Origin: Tubiluchus corallicola
Lineage: Eukaryota > Animalia > Priapulida
Direction of reading: 5' to 3'
Assembly (NCBI GenBank): GCA_030141605.1
Contig: JAQGDQ010000180.1
Coordinates: forward strand, 124,001 to 188,000
Length of the DNA stretch: 64,000 nt
Position 1 is the stretch's first letter; each line of letters starts with the position of its first letter. Positions 24,487 through 38,592 of this stretch are shown one piece after another. A program made the position numbers and the translations under genes. A model generated the notes under the pieces. The model saw nothing but the letters and a program-made list of their open reading frames with translations, searched no databases and was not told the DNA's origin.

Positions 24487-25194
24487 CTATAGCACTGGGT
24501 CTGCTACAAAATGCATCCAATTTCAGGGAAAACATAAAACTTGTTTAGTAAGTTTCGTAGATTATTCACGCTAGTAAAATATATGAATGTATTATTGCTA
24601 ATTTTACATAGTGCGAATATATAGTACGCGTAAAACAGACCCCTTAACTGTAGCTGTTTATTGTCCATATATAAAAGACTATAAAAAATTGTAACTACAA
24701 AAAATTGTTGCTACATGTGCGAAACCGCAGCCGTGTCGAATTCAAAAGGCAAATTCACACCGGAACAAAGAAATTGGTCTTTTCCGCGCTAACATTCAGT
24801 TCGGTTAGACTTTTTGACTTGGTTACTATCGATTTAGGAAACCATTGATTCGGGAAGTGCTGATGTATCAAAACACGTGTGGTTGTTAACCGACAGTTGC
24901 TTAGGTACCCCGCAATTGAAGCTGCAGCCGTGGCTACCCTTGATAGCAACTCGCTCATTAAATGATAATCATACCGCGCGCCATGGAAACAGGTGTTGCG
25001 AGCGCTACTGTTCTCGAATAGCATTTAAATATATTATTAGTTAGGTTAACAGACGCGCTTATAATATCCATCGCCTGCACCTGTTTCATTTTACCTGACT
25101 CACTGGGGATTTGAGACTGGTCATTTGAGAACAATATAGTGATAAAATGAAACAAACCCCACCCGACTGAAAGAGATGATATATTGGTATAATA

Positions 25195-25515
25195 ACCTCT
25201 TATATAGTTTTACAAGCAAAGCTTAGTAAAGCAATACAAAACTCATCTGAGCTATTTTTAACGTAAAGTCTAAAGAGATACTAAAAATGACACTACAAAC
25301 CTTGCAAGAACCATGTAGTGGTAAAATGAAACAATCTCACCTGACGTATTGGTCTAATGTATGGGGTACAATAACCTGTATTTGAACGCCTTATATACTT
25401 TTTACAAGCAAAGCATAGTAAAGAGATAGGAATACAAAACATGAGTGATCTATTTTTACCGCACAGTCTAAAGAGATTTTAAAAAATGAGACTACAAAAC
25501 TTACAAGAACTATAG
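25195..25515. repeat. Diverged direct duplication, period ~190 bp
   Basis: TTTTACAAGCAAAGC.TAGTAAAG...AGTCTAAAGAGAT occurs twice. Confidence 0.75.
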
Positions 25516-25879
25516 TAAATGTGCAGTGAGCAATTTTTCTGAACGCCACATTGTCAATATTTGTGTACAAAAATAATAACGAACTATTATAGTCATTGAA
25601 ATCCGCTAGCATGTTAAACACGTCGAATAGAAGGATTATAACTTTTGTTCACGATGGATTTTTACTGATTGGGTTATTATGTGTGTGCTTAGTTGGAATA
25701 TTTTCATTTATTTGTGTCGAGTCGAAGTTTGCTTACAATGTCCAAATACTAAACTTATGAGATCCTCACAACTGCTGACGTTTTCATGGCAATAACGTGC
25801 AAAACACCATCTTGTGATTAGAGGCAGGAAATTTAATGTGAAATATAATTTAACACTAATTCATGACTGTGTTTTAAAG

Positions 25880-26435
25880 AAAGACAGGATGATTTTTCAT
25901 AAATTACCCCACTTTCAAGTCCGATAAAAAATGTATATTTTAACACAATTTATACCGCAAAATCGTTCCTGATAATTAAATAATGGATTAAAAACTTAGT
26001 CAACGGCGGGCGAACTCCACTATTGATGACGTCACAAACTAACATAATTTTCAACAGCAAAAATACTCTACAAGCGTGTTGCACGTGTTTGCCAAAGCGA
26101 AAATTGAAGTAGAGCGCTACTGTAAGATATTCAGTGCGTTGTACTAAAACTAGGCAAATTTTAAGGTAAAAATTCAAATTCAAAATTTACCGCTGTGCTC
26201 ACGCATGAATTGTCGAACGTGTGCAGTTTGCCACAAACTAACACATTTGAACTGAGAGGTACAGCACCTGTTTTATGTGCAATGCATTTCCGAAATGCAG
26301 GCGCTAGTGCCCGTCTAACTGGCAAATGGCAAATGTATGTAACAGCGAAGAACTAGTGCGCGAACGCGAAATTGCGTTTGTGTGGTAGTAATTCTTTCAC
26401 GTAAGTCATTTTCGAAAAAATAGTATCTTCCCTTT
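25880..26435. mobile_element. Dispersed repeat with an inverted copy at ~33190-33570
   Basis: 26145-26320 matches the reverse complement of 33270-33440; TTAAAG start. Confidence 0.65.
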
Positions 26436-27381
26436 CAATATTTTAAAGAGTAGATTGTTTTGACGTACAGTATAAGACCGGAGTATGGTTTTGCTTTTAA
26501 CAGTGTGATCTTGATAAGTTTAAGTCTTGAAATACGAGGTAGCACCATAAAAAAAACCAGCCTACCACCAAGCCAACCCACAAATCAACCAACAACCCAA
26601 CAAAACGTTCAACCTGTAAGTCATCACTGGGCCTCGACAAAAAATTAGTAAATTACCCCCCACCCCGTGTGCAAATGTAGTAACCGGTTATATGTCCAGA
26701 TTTCAAAGATACAATTGTTTGTTGTGCGAACAATTTTCACTGAAAAAGAAACTCGTAAAGAGAAACCGTCTTGCAAGACGCCAGAGACGGGCCGATATGC
26801 CAACAACGTCAGCTGCTCAATTTTAAAACTTTGACTAGCTAGACGGTGTCAGGCCAGGGTCCCCACGTTAAGACGTGATTAATAGACTCTGTCTGCCAGC
26901 CACCGAGATTGTCAGCTGTCTTCAGGGTCTGAGAAAGTATTTTTGATGAGTATCTGCAAGCGAAACGACCAGGTTCTGTGAAAGCAAGATGGAATTTGCC
27001 GCTGGCTTCCGGATTCCAAGGCGGGATATTTTAAAAGCGGCGCATCTCAGGACTTTTATTAGTTAACTACACTGAGAGGCAGTTAGGCATGATCTCAGTG
27101 ACTCATTGGTAGTATCCATCAACAAAGCACTTGCAAGAGAGGCTTTAAAGTGCATACCACTGACGTCCAAAAGGCTTCAAGGTCAACGCAGAAGCCAGGT
27201 CCTCCGATACTTAAGTACCAGCGTCAAAGTATCGAGTGAACGAAAGCTTAAGTACCTCAACAGAAAAACGTTTTTGAGCTTCCGACCTCTTGGCAGAGTC
27301 ATAAATGCAAGACGATACAGGTCGTTATTTCCGTTATTGTTTCAAGCAGCGCATTTTTCGTGTTATCCACCAAAGGGGAGA

Positions 27382-27956
27382 CCTTTTTCAAAAACAAAAA
27401 TCAAGAATTTTAGACCACAAGGTAGTAAAACATTTCTTGATTTTAGATTCTAAAGATGTCCTAGAAGTCTAAAAGAAAAGTGTAAGCAGTGTACATCAAT
27501 TTTTGGAGTTCCTTCTCAGTTCAAATACCATTGAATGATTTCCCAGGTTTTTTTAGGTTTCTGGAGATCAAAGTGCTTTAGGTTCTGTGAGTTAAAGCTA
27601 AAGCGGAAAAATAAACTTGCTCTGCAAGCATTTGCCGCTGCAGTAAAATTGACAAAAATTGTATAGAAGGGGTGAAATGATGAAGCCATGCAACCGATTA
27701 CATAATTTAACAAGTTTACAGCTACCTTAGTTAAAAAAATTCTGCTGTTTTTATCTTAACCTTATGCAAAGTTGCAATATCATGTAAGTTATGTTATAGT
27801 TCCACTTTTCCCACTTGTATTTCAACGTGGCGGTTGAAATCAGGAAATGTTAGAATTTTTCAAATATCTGACCGAAATACGAATCTATGATTATAGGAGA
27901 TATCTAACCTGAATTTCAGGAGACTCCAGGCCAAATCAGGAGTGGTGGCAACCCTA
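27382..27956 (-). mobile_element. Truncated inverted copy of the 11427 hAT MITE
   Basis: Close reverse-complement match to 11427-12000; both copies give near-identical spurious ORFs (MLNYVIGCMASSF...). Confidence 0.88.
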
Positions 27957-30602
27957 ACCTATCACCGTCACCACGACTATGACCTTATTTCCAGTAATTT
28001 TTTTTCGGGAGTGCATTTTGCTTCCTAGAACTCGGACGGCCACCTAGTGCATAAAGCCACAAACAAAATGCGAAAACGGAAAATTTATTGTGTATGTTAA
28101 ACATTAGGAGTGAAAATAAAATGGCCGTAGGCTCTGGTTAACACACCAGATGTACATACATGTGAAATAACATGCAGTGTTTTTTGCAAAAAGTAATTAT
28201 TTATCTACACTTAAGTAAGACAAACAGAAGTGCATCGCTCACGGACTCTACGTGACTTTATTACTGAGATTTGAAAATGAATTGAAACGAATTCTATAAT
28301 GATATTATTACCCTGGGTTTTTTTAAAATGCTTTCTTTGAAACATTGCATCATGAAATACGCCTTTTCACGGTTTCGTTGTGCGCACGCGCAGTTGCTGC
28401 AGGTCAAAAGTTAAGTATACCACAGCAACGAGTCTTAGCTACAATCGTCACGTGACATGTATTTAATGCAAAGCATTAGTTCAGCAACTTTAGTTGTTTT
28501 GCATTGACTTTACTTAGTCATGGATAAATCTGTGTGTAGAGTGATTTACTAGCAGGATCTTGCTTAGGAACAAGAAAAATGAACTAGGTAAGGCTCCACC
28601 TAGCTGTTAAAACGGTTACTATTACAATAGCACGAGCTACGAGACGTTGTCACGTGTACACAAATGTGTTGTCTGGTACGCTTAACCTTTGACATGTTAA
28701 CGACCATCATCAATCGCTGGAATTGCGAAAAGGCTCATTGCTACAGAAATGGAATTCAAGATAGTAAAAAACCTTTTCTCTAGAGAACATGTTGATGTTC
28801 CCTAAGTCAACCAATACTATAACTCAATCTGGTAGTGAGACTATAATAAACCCTCATTACAAAATGACATTGGTGTTCTTAGACTCGTCGTACGCAATTC
28901 CTATGAGGTTAAATTCCAGTTAGATTGTCAATAAATTAAAATTAACTTTAGAGTGTTTAATCTTGAATTTAAGTTATCACGAAATTTAATTTTGCAATAA
29001 TTGTCACTGTTAGGAACTAAAAAAACAAAATATGATTTGGTATTTTGCAAAGTCTTGAAAAATGTTTTAAGAATCAGTTGTCAACATCATTTTTCTTTGC
29101 TAAAGAGGCACTTTGAATCCATAAGACTAGGTTTTCAGTTCTGCTAAATTTTTACAAGGCACCAGGTTTTTCTCAGAAAATTGAGTGCATTGACGAAAAC
29201 GTAGATGTGACTGATTCGTTTTCTTTGCATTACGGTGCCACGAAAAATAGTTCACGTAGCTGTGCTGTAGTAGTTGTAGTCTTTATTGTTGTTGTTGTTG
29301 TTGTTGTTGCTGCTGCTGCTGTTGCTGTTACTGCTACTGCTGTGAATTATACTCGCGAGGAACGTAGGGAACAACAATTTTCATCTTTTTTAATGTGGAA
29401 CTATTTGGCAAGGAGGCGGAGGAGTTGGGAACTACTTTTACTAGACGGAAAGAAAACCGTATTTGTGTTAAAATTTTCAAAGAAATTTTTTTGTGTTATT
29501 TTGTGTCTTTATAAGTTTTAATATAAGCGTTTAGAGTTCTGATTAATCAATGTGTCTGAAGCATTTGTTTTTGCCTACCTGTCTTTATTATTTGCAGGTT
29601 GTCTTGTTTTGTTTGAAACAAGCGCTTACCCGGATATCAGAGGGGGGACGCCCATTTCTTCCCCTCCCTTACAAAGGTAAAGTTCTTTGTTAACTTTAAC
29701 CATATCAATGACCGATGGTAGAACTGTTACTCGGAACGTATAAGGAGGTCACTTTCTGCTGTTACTGCTGCTGTTGTCGCTATAATTGCTGCTGCTGTTG
29801 CAGTTGTTGTTCGTATCGCACCCACAGACCTTTAAAGTGGCCTTACCACATCGTTGTCGTCATCACCGACACGTGCCAATTCTTCAGCTCTGTTAATTCA
29901 CTTTTAAAGTGAAGATAACAAACCTTGTGAAAAGAGACACAATTAAATATTCAGATCAAGACCCCAAGGCATCATAGATCAGCGTTATTTTTAATTAATA
30001 AGTCATCAGTAATACGAAAATGACTCGAATGAAACGATATTAAACAAGAGAACATGTATATTACAGGGTTCAAAGCTATATTGATGTCGAATCGCGGCGC
30101 GTACATGTAAAAAAATAACAAAACGGTACAAAGTCAATTGAAAAAGTTAAACTTAATTGAAGGATGAAGGCAGAATATACATTAAAGTCATCTCACATTT
30201 TTCTCTAGATAATTTTCATTTCTGAATGAGCCACATACTCTGCGAACATTCCATTGGTAACTAGTCTGTCCATACCAACAAGGATACGGGACAAATTGTT
30301 TCAAGACCAAGTGAGCAAATACGTTTCAGTGCTCAATATATACACGTGTTTCCGTTCCCTTGGCCCTCTGTACACGACTCTGCTTCAAGTTTGACTACTG
30401 TATCAGCTGTGCAACACATAGTTACAGTATTACATACATTACATTACATTATTTTTGCCAGTTGCTCTAAATACTAATTTAAAGCATTTATACCTTTGTT
30501 TAATGTTGTCGTTTTCTGAAAAGTAGAAAATTTTGAACTATGAAATGTTTTAATTCTGCTATTACTGTCAAAGATTGTATTTGACAATTCTATGGTCAAT
30601 AA

Positions 30603-30603
<1 letters not shown>

Positions 30604-30634
<31 letters not shown>

Positions 30635-30672
30635 CGCTACTACTACTGCGGCTGCTACTGCTGCTACTACTG

Positions 30673-30716
<44 letters not shown>

Positions 30717-30991
30717 ACTACTACTATTGCTACTGCTACTACTACTGCTGCTACTACTACTGCTGCTGCTGCTGCTGCTACTGCTACTGCTACTGCTACT
30801 GCTACTACTACTGCTGCTTCACGGCTGCTGCTGCTGCTACTACTGCTACTGCTGCTTCACGGCTGCTACTGCTGCTGCTGCTCCACCTCCTGCTACAGCT
30901 ACTGCCACTGCCACTGCCACTGCCACTGCCACTACCACTACCACTACCACTACCACTACCACTACCACTACCACTATCACTACTACTACTA
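30604..30991. repeat. Compound (CTG/CTA)n and (CCACTR)n microsatellite
   Basis: Seen directly. Confidence 0.98.
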
Positions 30992-31625
30992 AACAAGTCT
31001 AAAAGAAATTAGATTGAAATAAAGAATATTAGTAGAATACAAAGTCTTTGATGACCTCAAAAGGCCTATAATTTATCAAACTTATTACTCAATTTTGTAC
31101 ATAAGTGGTTACATTTCATGCGCGTACATCAAAAGCAATTACGATAATTAAGCGTTTAGTTTACTTTTCAGTCCATAGATGTCAGTACGACCGACCGATA
31201 CTTTTTAATAAAACTCGGGCCAACACCACAACTCTGTGCTACTACGAAAGAGACCAACACACACAGCCTCAGCTGTTGCACAGGACATTTTAAATCTTAA
31301 AAGAAACTTTGTAAATGATTAAATGATTAATTATACAAGTAAGGTGTCCTGTCAGTAAGCGAACGTTACCATTCTCTTAATATCTATTATGTATAGCTCA
31401 CAACTGCAAACTTTTTATCATTTCTCTCAGGTTAAACTTGTTTTTTAAACAGAATTTGTAGTATATCGAATGAGTTCAGTCATGACATTGTCAATTCACC
31501 CAGTCTGTCAGCTTTTAGTAGGAAGCTAACCGAAATGTGTTTATTAAAATATTGCAAATTTAATAAATTTCTATAAAACATTATTACTCTAGTTCAATGA
31601 TCTCTCCCAAGATAAATTTATACCT

Positions 31626-31694
<69 letters not shown>

Positions 31695-31707
31695 CAATAT
31701 ATATATA
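31626..31707. repeat. (AT)n microsatellite
   Basis: Seen directly. Confidence 0.98.
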
Positions 31708-32344
31708 CACTTTATGCATATATTATTGATTTTCATGGTATTTTTAATGTAAGTAATGTGAATTTTGTCCTGTAAACAGAAGTATTTTAATTTTGCAGCT
31801 TTAGAATGTAGGCTGGCCTAAGTGTTAATGTATGTATATTTTAAATAATATTCTTAATAAATAAATAATAAAAATAAAGTATTACGTACACTACATGCAG
31901 GCGGCTAGACGTACTATTTAATCAGTTATTAGATAGAGGACCAATATAAACTAGATAAACATAAAAACATCTACATGGCTTCTTCCTTTGATAGACGTCA
32001 TCTACAAGGCTTCTTCGTTTGAATAATAAAAGTGGCCGGAGACATATGGGTTTTGACACATAATGTTCTGTAACACAAATCTATGTTCTAAACGCCAGAT
32101 TATATGGAAGTTTGGTATGGTTGTCATACAGCTTGGAATGGATGTCCAGCAGGGTGGAAACCAACACAGTCATTACCACACGATGATCAAGTTACTAATG
32201 TTTTGACAAGGGCAGTACGTTCGGGAGATACAGGATATAGTGATGTAACTTCATATCTATAATAGTAGAATGCTATTATTTTAGGACCTGAAGCTGCACA
32301 AAAACCCACACGGTAGAAGAAAAATAGTGCATCGTGTTAAAAAT

Positions 32345-32820
32345 TAAACTTAACTATGACTACATACAGTGCAACACAAACGTTAGAAAATTTTCTATTC
32401 AATACAATGGCCCTTACATATGGAATTCAATTGCTCCAGCTATTAAAAATGCCAACTCGCTGTCCATATTTAAAAAAATTATAAATTAAACTTACTTGAA
32501 ACATATAACTGATCACTCAATCACGATTTGTTGTCTTTCATTTTCAAAAACTTCCCCTCTAGTATAATAATATTTTTATTACTTCCCACCAGTATTTATA
32601 TTTGTATATATTGTAATATTGTATCTGTATATATTGTAATTTTTTTTCGTAACTAATTCCAGTGGCCTACCATAAACTCGCCTCTTAGGTCTCTAGCGCA
32701 GAATTCATGAATTGTATCATATTTTTATATTAACAAAAACTGATTATCGATGCACATGTAACGTATATGTATATGTTTATTGCGAAACAAATCTATTAAA
32801 TCTAAAAAAATCTAATCTAA
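32345..32820 (+). mobile_element. 3' remnant of an L2/Crack/Daphne-group LINE
   Basis: CNTNVRKFSIQYNGPYIWNSIAPAIKNANSLSIFKK; (AATCT)n-like tail. Confidence 0.7.
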
Positions 32821-33873
32821 AATTATCAAATCTGAGGTATTACAGTCGCTGAACAAATACATCTATATTGCAAGCGGGAAACTATTCAGATAACGTAGCA
32901 AAACAGTGACGACATTTGAGCTTTATCTTTGGGCTGATACATAAGGATTCTAAGCATTTCACAATTCACTTCCAAACTAGGTCCCGGCGAGTCGCTATCA
33001 GTCAAGAGTTGGGGAAAGAAATTGCAATTAAAAGAGGCTTTTTTAATTACGTGTAAGGATTAGCAAAGCCCTATCCCCAATCATTGCATTATGTTGTTCG
33101 CAAGATCGTGTAACTTACCGTTGCTTAAAGCAAAACCGGAGCTGATCTTAAACTGTAGGCCAAAACAATCTACTCTTTAAAATATTGAAAGGAAGCATAC
33201 TATTTTTTTCAAAAAATGACTTACGTAAAAGAATTATTACCACACAGACACAATTTCCTACTCGCTAGTTAAACGGGCACTAGCGCCTGCATTTCGGAAA
33301 CGAATTGCACAAAAAACAGGCGCTGTACCTCTCAGTTTAGATGTTTTAGTTTGTGACGAACTACACACGTTCGACAGCTCATGCGTGAGCACAGCGGTAA
33401 ATTTGAAATTTGAATTTTTATCTTAAAACTTGCCTAGTTTAACACGTATAATACGCTCGTGAGCATTTTTGCTGTTGAAAATTATGTTAGTTTGTGACGT
33501 CATGAGTAAACGCCGTCAATTGTCTTTAATCTATTATTTAATTATCAGAAATGTATTGAAAATGGCGTAGTATATGAAAAATGATCCTTGTTCAATTCCA
33601 TTAAAAGATTTAAAGGTTTTAAAGATCTAAAAAGATTTCAAAGATTCACAATCACGGTTAAAAATCAGTACAAAAAATCACAACAAAATACAAAATTGCC
33701 AAAATGTGAGGGCAACATACGGCCATTAGGTCCTTCACACTTACCAGTAAGTCTTTCATTCGTTGCCCTTATTTGATAATCATTAAATAAGCAATGGTTT
33801 AGTGAAGAATGTAAAACAACTCACTATATATGAAATTTTAGTTTTCAGACAAATATAGAAGAAAAGGGTTGTA

Positions 33874-34357
33874 CATTGTTCCCTCGCTACTTCGCGGTTT
33901 GTTTATCCCGGACTCCATGTTTCGCGGGTTTTTGCGGTACTCCGTCTAAAGTATTTTTGCACATGCGTAGTACGTATTGTACAGTAATGTATAGATTTGA
34001 TGAATTTTGCATAAAAAATCACAAAGTGTATAAAAATATATTAAAAATATTAATTCTAACATTAAAAGAATATTATAAAACATAAAAAATTACCATTTAC
34101 AGTAAAGAGTGCATTTATTCAGCGGATGAATACACACCAAAAACGAAATGTAGTACTTGCGCCCGCTTGAGATGCTACTTGCCGACGTGAGATTGTACAC
34201 AACACACGACTGGTATGTATAAGAGCGTGGGGAGGGTTTATAAAGACTTAAAATAATGTATAACTACTAAAATAAGTATAGCGTCCTTACTTCGCGGAAA
34301 TTCACTTATCGCGGGTGGGCCTGGAACGGAACACCCGCGATAAGTGAAGGAACACTG
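33874..34357 (+). mobile_element. Tc1/mariner (pogo/Tigger-like) MITE; partial inverted copy at 3553-3907
   Basis: TA|CATTGTTCCCTCGC...GTGAAGGAACACTG|TA; the interior is shared with 3553-3907. Confidence 0.8.
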
Positions 34358-35660
34358 TACGTATTTATAGATTATTAAGTTAGTTAGCGAATTTGGTACT
34401 TCATGGATCGAATATTACACAAGAACCAGAAATTATATAGCTACATTCCTTTGCAATATAGTTCAACTGAATATAACCAGGTTCCTAGTGCATCAGATGT
34501 ACATGTTTCTCTGGCTATAACAAGACATGATAATTATGTGAACACGGCGTTACGGTGTTGATATATTACAAGAATCATTAGGGCCAGGTCTTTTGCATAT
34601 ACTAATAACCTGCAATACAGCAACATTGCCCAGAGGCTGTATGAGTTCCATTCGACGTCACATCTGGCATTTGCCTCATATAGAGGCTAAAGATGTTTAT
34701 GTACGAGCGCGACATTAGTCTTATATAAAGTTTATATACTAATCAGCTAGCCCAGTACGTTGAAATTACCCCATGTTATCTTTTCAGATGAAATTTATAA
34801 CGGTTTTTACGGCGCTGTTCTTCTGCACTGATTTGGATTTATAAGGTTTTTATAGGATCGTTTTGTACTGAAAACGGCCATATAGCACACTAAATCAAAA
34901 CGTAATTAAAAGCATTCGTGACTTTGAATGTGAAATATGCGTGCAGCCTCACGTAAATATTATAAAGAATGTTCTTAGAGTTTTTATGATCTCACAATGG
35001 ACATCACGAATTATACAGGCCTTTGGTAACATATACCGACTCCTTAAATCTGGACAGAGAAATATTCATATGGTTAAAGGAAGGCAGGACGATTGTTTAG
35101 ATACAATCTTATTTTAATTTACTGTCCAAAATATACATTTTCTTGCCTATAAAAGTTAACAATTGTTCCTTATATTTGAATAATTAGCTTAGAAAGTTAA
35201 TTAACGGCAACCGAATACAGCTATTGCTTACGTCAGAAACTAACCACAGTTTGTGCAATAACAGGCGTCTTCCCTTGTGCATCAAGCACATTTGCATGGA
35301 TGTTACAGTACTGTTTAAACGCATCATGTCACGAAAAATGGGCTCTACATCATATGACGTCATGAAACTAACACAGCAGTTAATGATCATACTGTTCTCT
35401 AGTTTCTGAAGCGTGATTTTGCTGGGATTTCTATGATTCAGGAAAATCCGTGGATGTTCCTTGAATTATCCCATTCTAATAACTACGACAGATTAATGTT
35501 TACTGTCGTGAAAAAGCAGGATGTTTAACGACTTGAGGGGAGTTTCCACCCAAAAATGTTACATACTGATCAGTGCATTTTAATACTGAACTTACGTATC
35601 ACCAGTTTAGCAAGCCAAATGGTTAACCTTCCAATGAGCTCAATGAACGTATGTAGCAAC

Positions 35661-36066
35661 TACGAGTGATCATCGAACGTTCGAGTTCGATTCGAACGAG
35701 TTTTTTAGTTCGAAAAACGATTCGAACCTAAGACTATAGATTCGAATAATTCAGCACTTCAATCACGTACGTTCTTTTCCATTAAAATGATGGAAACATC
35801 GTGCAATTAGCATAATTAGGCTGTGATTTCTGTGCAAATTTTAAACAAATAATTAGCGGTTTTACTGTAAAATAAAATCTAGTAATATGCACGATCTTTG
35901 TAATACTAATTTTTAGTGGTAGTTCGGAAACTTGTTCGAAAATCTTTTAATCTCAATTCGAATTCGATTCGAATTCGAAATACTGAAGTTCGGTTCGATT
36001 CGAATTCGAAAGTCACAAATTCGATTCAATTCGAATTCGCTTTCTGGCAGAGAATGCTCACGTCTA
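35661..36066. mobile_element. hAT-like MITE rich in TTCGAA/ATTCG subterminal repeats
   Basis: Imperfect TIR (TA..GTGA.CAT); 8-bp TSD GTAGCAAC/GTAGTAAC with 1 mismatch. Confidence 0.7.
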
Positions 36067-36756
36067 GTAGTAACAACACAAAATGGGATCTAAAAACTGT
36101 TACTATGTCACTATCAAGTCACATGATAATATTATTAATACTTCCCGGCCAATAACATTTGTTAAACTTTTAGAATACCAGGGTAAAGTACTAAGAAACT
36201 TTTCAAAATTTCTGTTTATTCTAAAATGTTTGCAAAACTCGATTTTTGTAAAAGTTTGCCAGCGGTTTATCTTACCATTTATATTTTTATTAACTATTTT
36301 TAATAGAGATTTTTAACAAATATTTAACTATTTATTAACATTTTTATTAACTATTTACAATATCATCTTATGTTTAAGCAGTAACTGTGAATTACGAGAT
36401 TCATCGTCCTCCGTTTCACTAAAGCTTGTTTAAAACTCTTCAGTCTATAGTTGTGACCGAGAGTGGTGGATTTGCATGGGCCTTACAAGTGGGAACAGAC
36501 TAGGGTCTCTTTCTGCCTAAATTCCACAACGTGAAATAATTGGCTGGATAAAAAATGAAGCATTTTCAATTTAGAAGTTAGCTTAAGTTTAATGAAGTGT
36601 TTAACTTCACAACTATGCAACACTTATCCCGTTTTTCTCATACTAAAACATTTTCACTTAGTTGTACAAAATTGAGGCTTTAAACAATTCCTTAAAAGCT
36701 GCAACGCTTTCTCACTTGCACGTGTTAAAATTCATTTATTTAGTTTAAGTTGAGTA

Positions 36757-37176
36757 GAATTGCCATGCTCATTGAGCGACGATCGTTTCGGCTACTGAAG
36801 CCATTTTCATACTATAAATCAAGCCAAAAACGAAGAATAAATAATACATTAATATACGAAGCCACAAACTGCAACATCTGAACAACAGATTAGTATTTAG
36901 CTTATCAAGATAAACTAGGTTGTAATGCAAGAAATTTCAGAGAAACGTAAGAATTTTACCTAACACATGAGAACACAACACAGTAAACAGTTAGTCAAAG
37001 TCTACATAGTGAAGAACCTCAATAGTAAGCATTGCTAATTCTAATCTGTTGTTTTGATGTTTCAGTTTGTGCTTTGTATATTAATGTATTATTTATTCTA
37101 CGTTTTTGGCTTGATTTATAGTTGGAAAATGGCTTCAATAGCCGAAACGATCGTCGCACAATAAACATGGTGATTC
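36757..37176. mobile_element. Fold-back Penelope-like remnant with paired hammerhead-like motifs (36778-36811 minus, 37122-37155 plus)
   Basis: Inverted arms of ~140 bp. Motif (T)TGAAAA-T-GGCT...AGCC-GAAA-CGATCG-TC, followed by AATAAA in the right arm. Confidence 0.7.
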
Positions 37177-38049
37177 CTAGAACGTGACTCTTTCGTGTAT
37201 TTGAGTAGAACTGGTTTAACTGTTACGAAGTGTAGTGGATTTCTAACTGCATTTTATGTAACAATCTTCTTTTTAACATTCGCTTTATCAATTCATTTCA
37301 TTTCTTTTTATTTCCATGCATTTTGGGTTGCCCTACACAGCACAGGTCCTTCTTAACACTTGCCTGACACGCAAGTAACCCATACAGTCTTGCTCGATGA
37401 AATTACTATGATGTTTGTTTGGAAACGTAAGATAGACGCAGCCAGAAAAACGTAATCCAAATCAACCCTACACTGCCACTAGGATTACTGATCCAGAAAG
37501 ATGATCATGTTCAAAAGACTGCGTCTATATATAACTGCTATACTAGAACCACAATGGCGCACGTGTATCCACACCGAACTGCCATCCAGCGAAACGAAAT
37601 CGACTCGGCGCTTCGCAAACTTTTTAACTAAAATTTGACTTTATTTTACAGTTTATATAGGAAACAAGTGAAAACGAAGCGGGGTCCAGGGCGAGTCTAG
37701 AAACTGCCTGTACGTCTCTGCCTATTCACAAACCTGTTTACCATCACGTCCTAAACATCATTAAAGCCGCGTTTACCGCAAGTCTCTTGTTTCTCTAAAT
37801 AAGTTTTGACACGAAGAGGTTACAGGATGCGTCTGTGAGACTCTCCAAATCCCCTCCGAGAGGAAAAATGATGCATCTAAGACCGTTAACGCGTGTTTTT
37901 GATTTATATCGCAAAAAAGTTAATATGAGTTCACAACATCATGAGTTCTTGCTCCGAATAACCGTCTCTTCTGAAAGTGACACTAGACGACGAACTTTAC
38001 GTCATATTTGAACGATTGCTACGAGCGGTTGCTTTTAATTTTCACTTAA

Positions 38050-38592
38050 AGGGAAACCGGATGATCGTGTAGACATTAGTTCAGAATAAAGTATGCTCTA
38101 AAATATTGAAAACTACAATAGCTTTTTTTAAATCAAAGCTTAGATTAAATAATAATTACCTCGGATAGTTAAATTTTGTTAAACTTGCAAAGTTACGCGC
38201 GGCTCAGCAAATCACTAGGGCTGGCAATGATGCCCCTTTGTCACATTCGCGTGGCTGATACATAGGCGTGGTACCGTGACAGGCATGATCATGAACTGCA
38301 GTGTTCGCCTGTGACGTCAGTGTGACGTAGAGCTCATTTTCGTGACATCACATCAGCGTTTTATAGCAATCTTCGCTTACGCAAACATGTTTGGTGCGCT
38401 GGGAAGATACCTACCATTGCACAAACTACGGTTAGTTTGTGACGTAAGCGATAGCTGTGTTCGGTTGCCGTTAATTAACTTTCCAGGGTAATTATTCAAA
38501 TATAAGAAACAAACTTTTATAGGCAAGAAAATGTATATTTTAGACAGTAAATTAAAATGAGATTGAGTCTAATCGATCGAACGGTTTTTTCT
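38050..38592 (+). mobile_element. TTAA-flanked (Kolobok-like) MITE, copy of 4986-5527
   Basis: TTAA|AGGGAAACCGG...CGGTTTTTTCT|TTAA. Confidence 0.78.
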
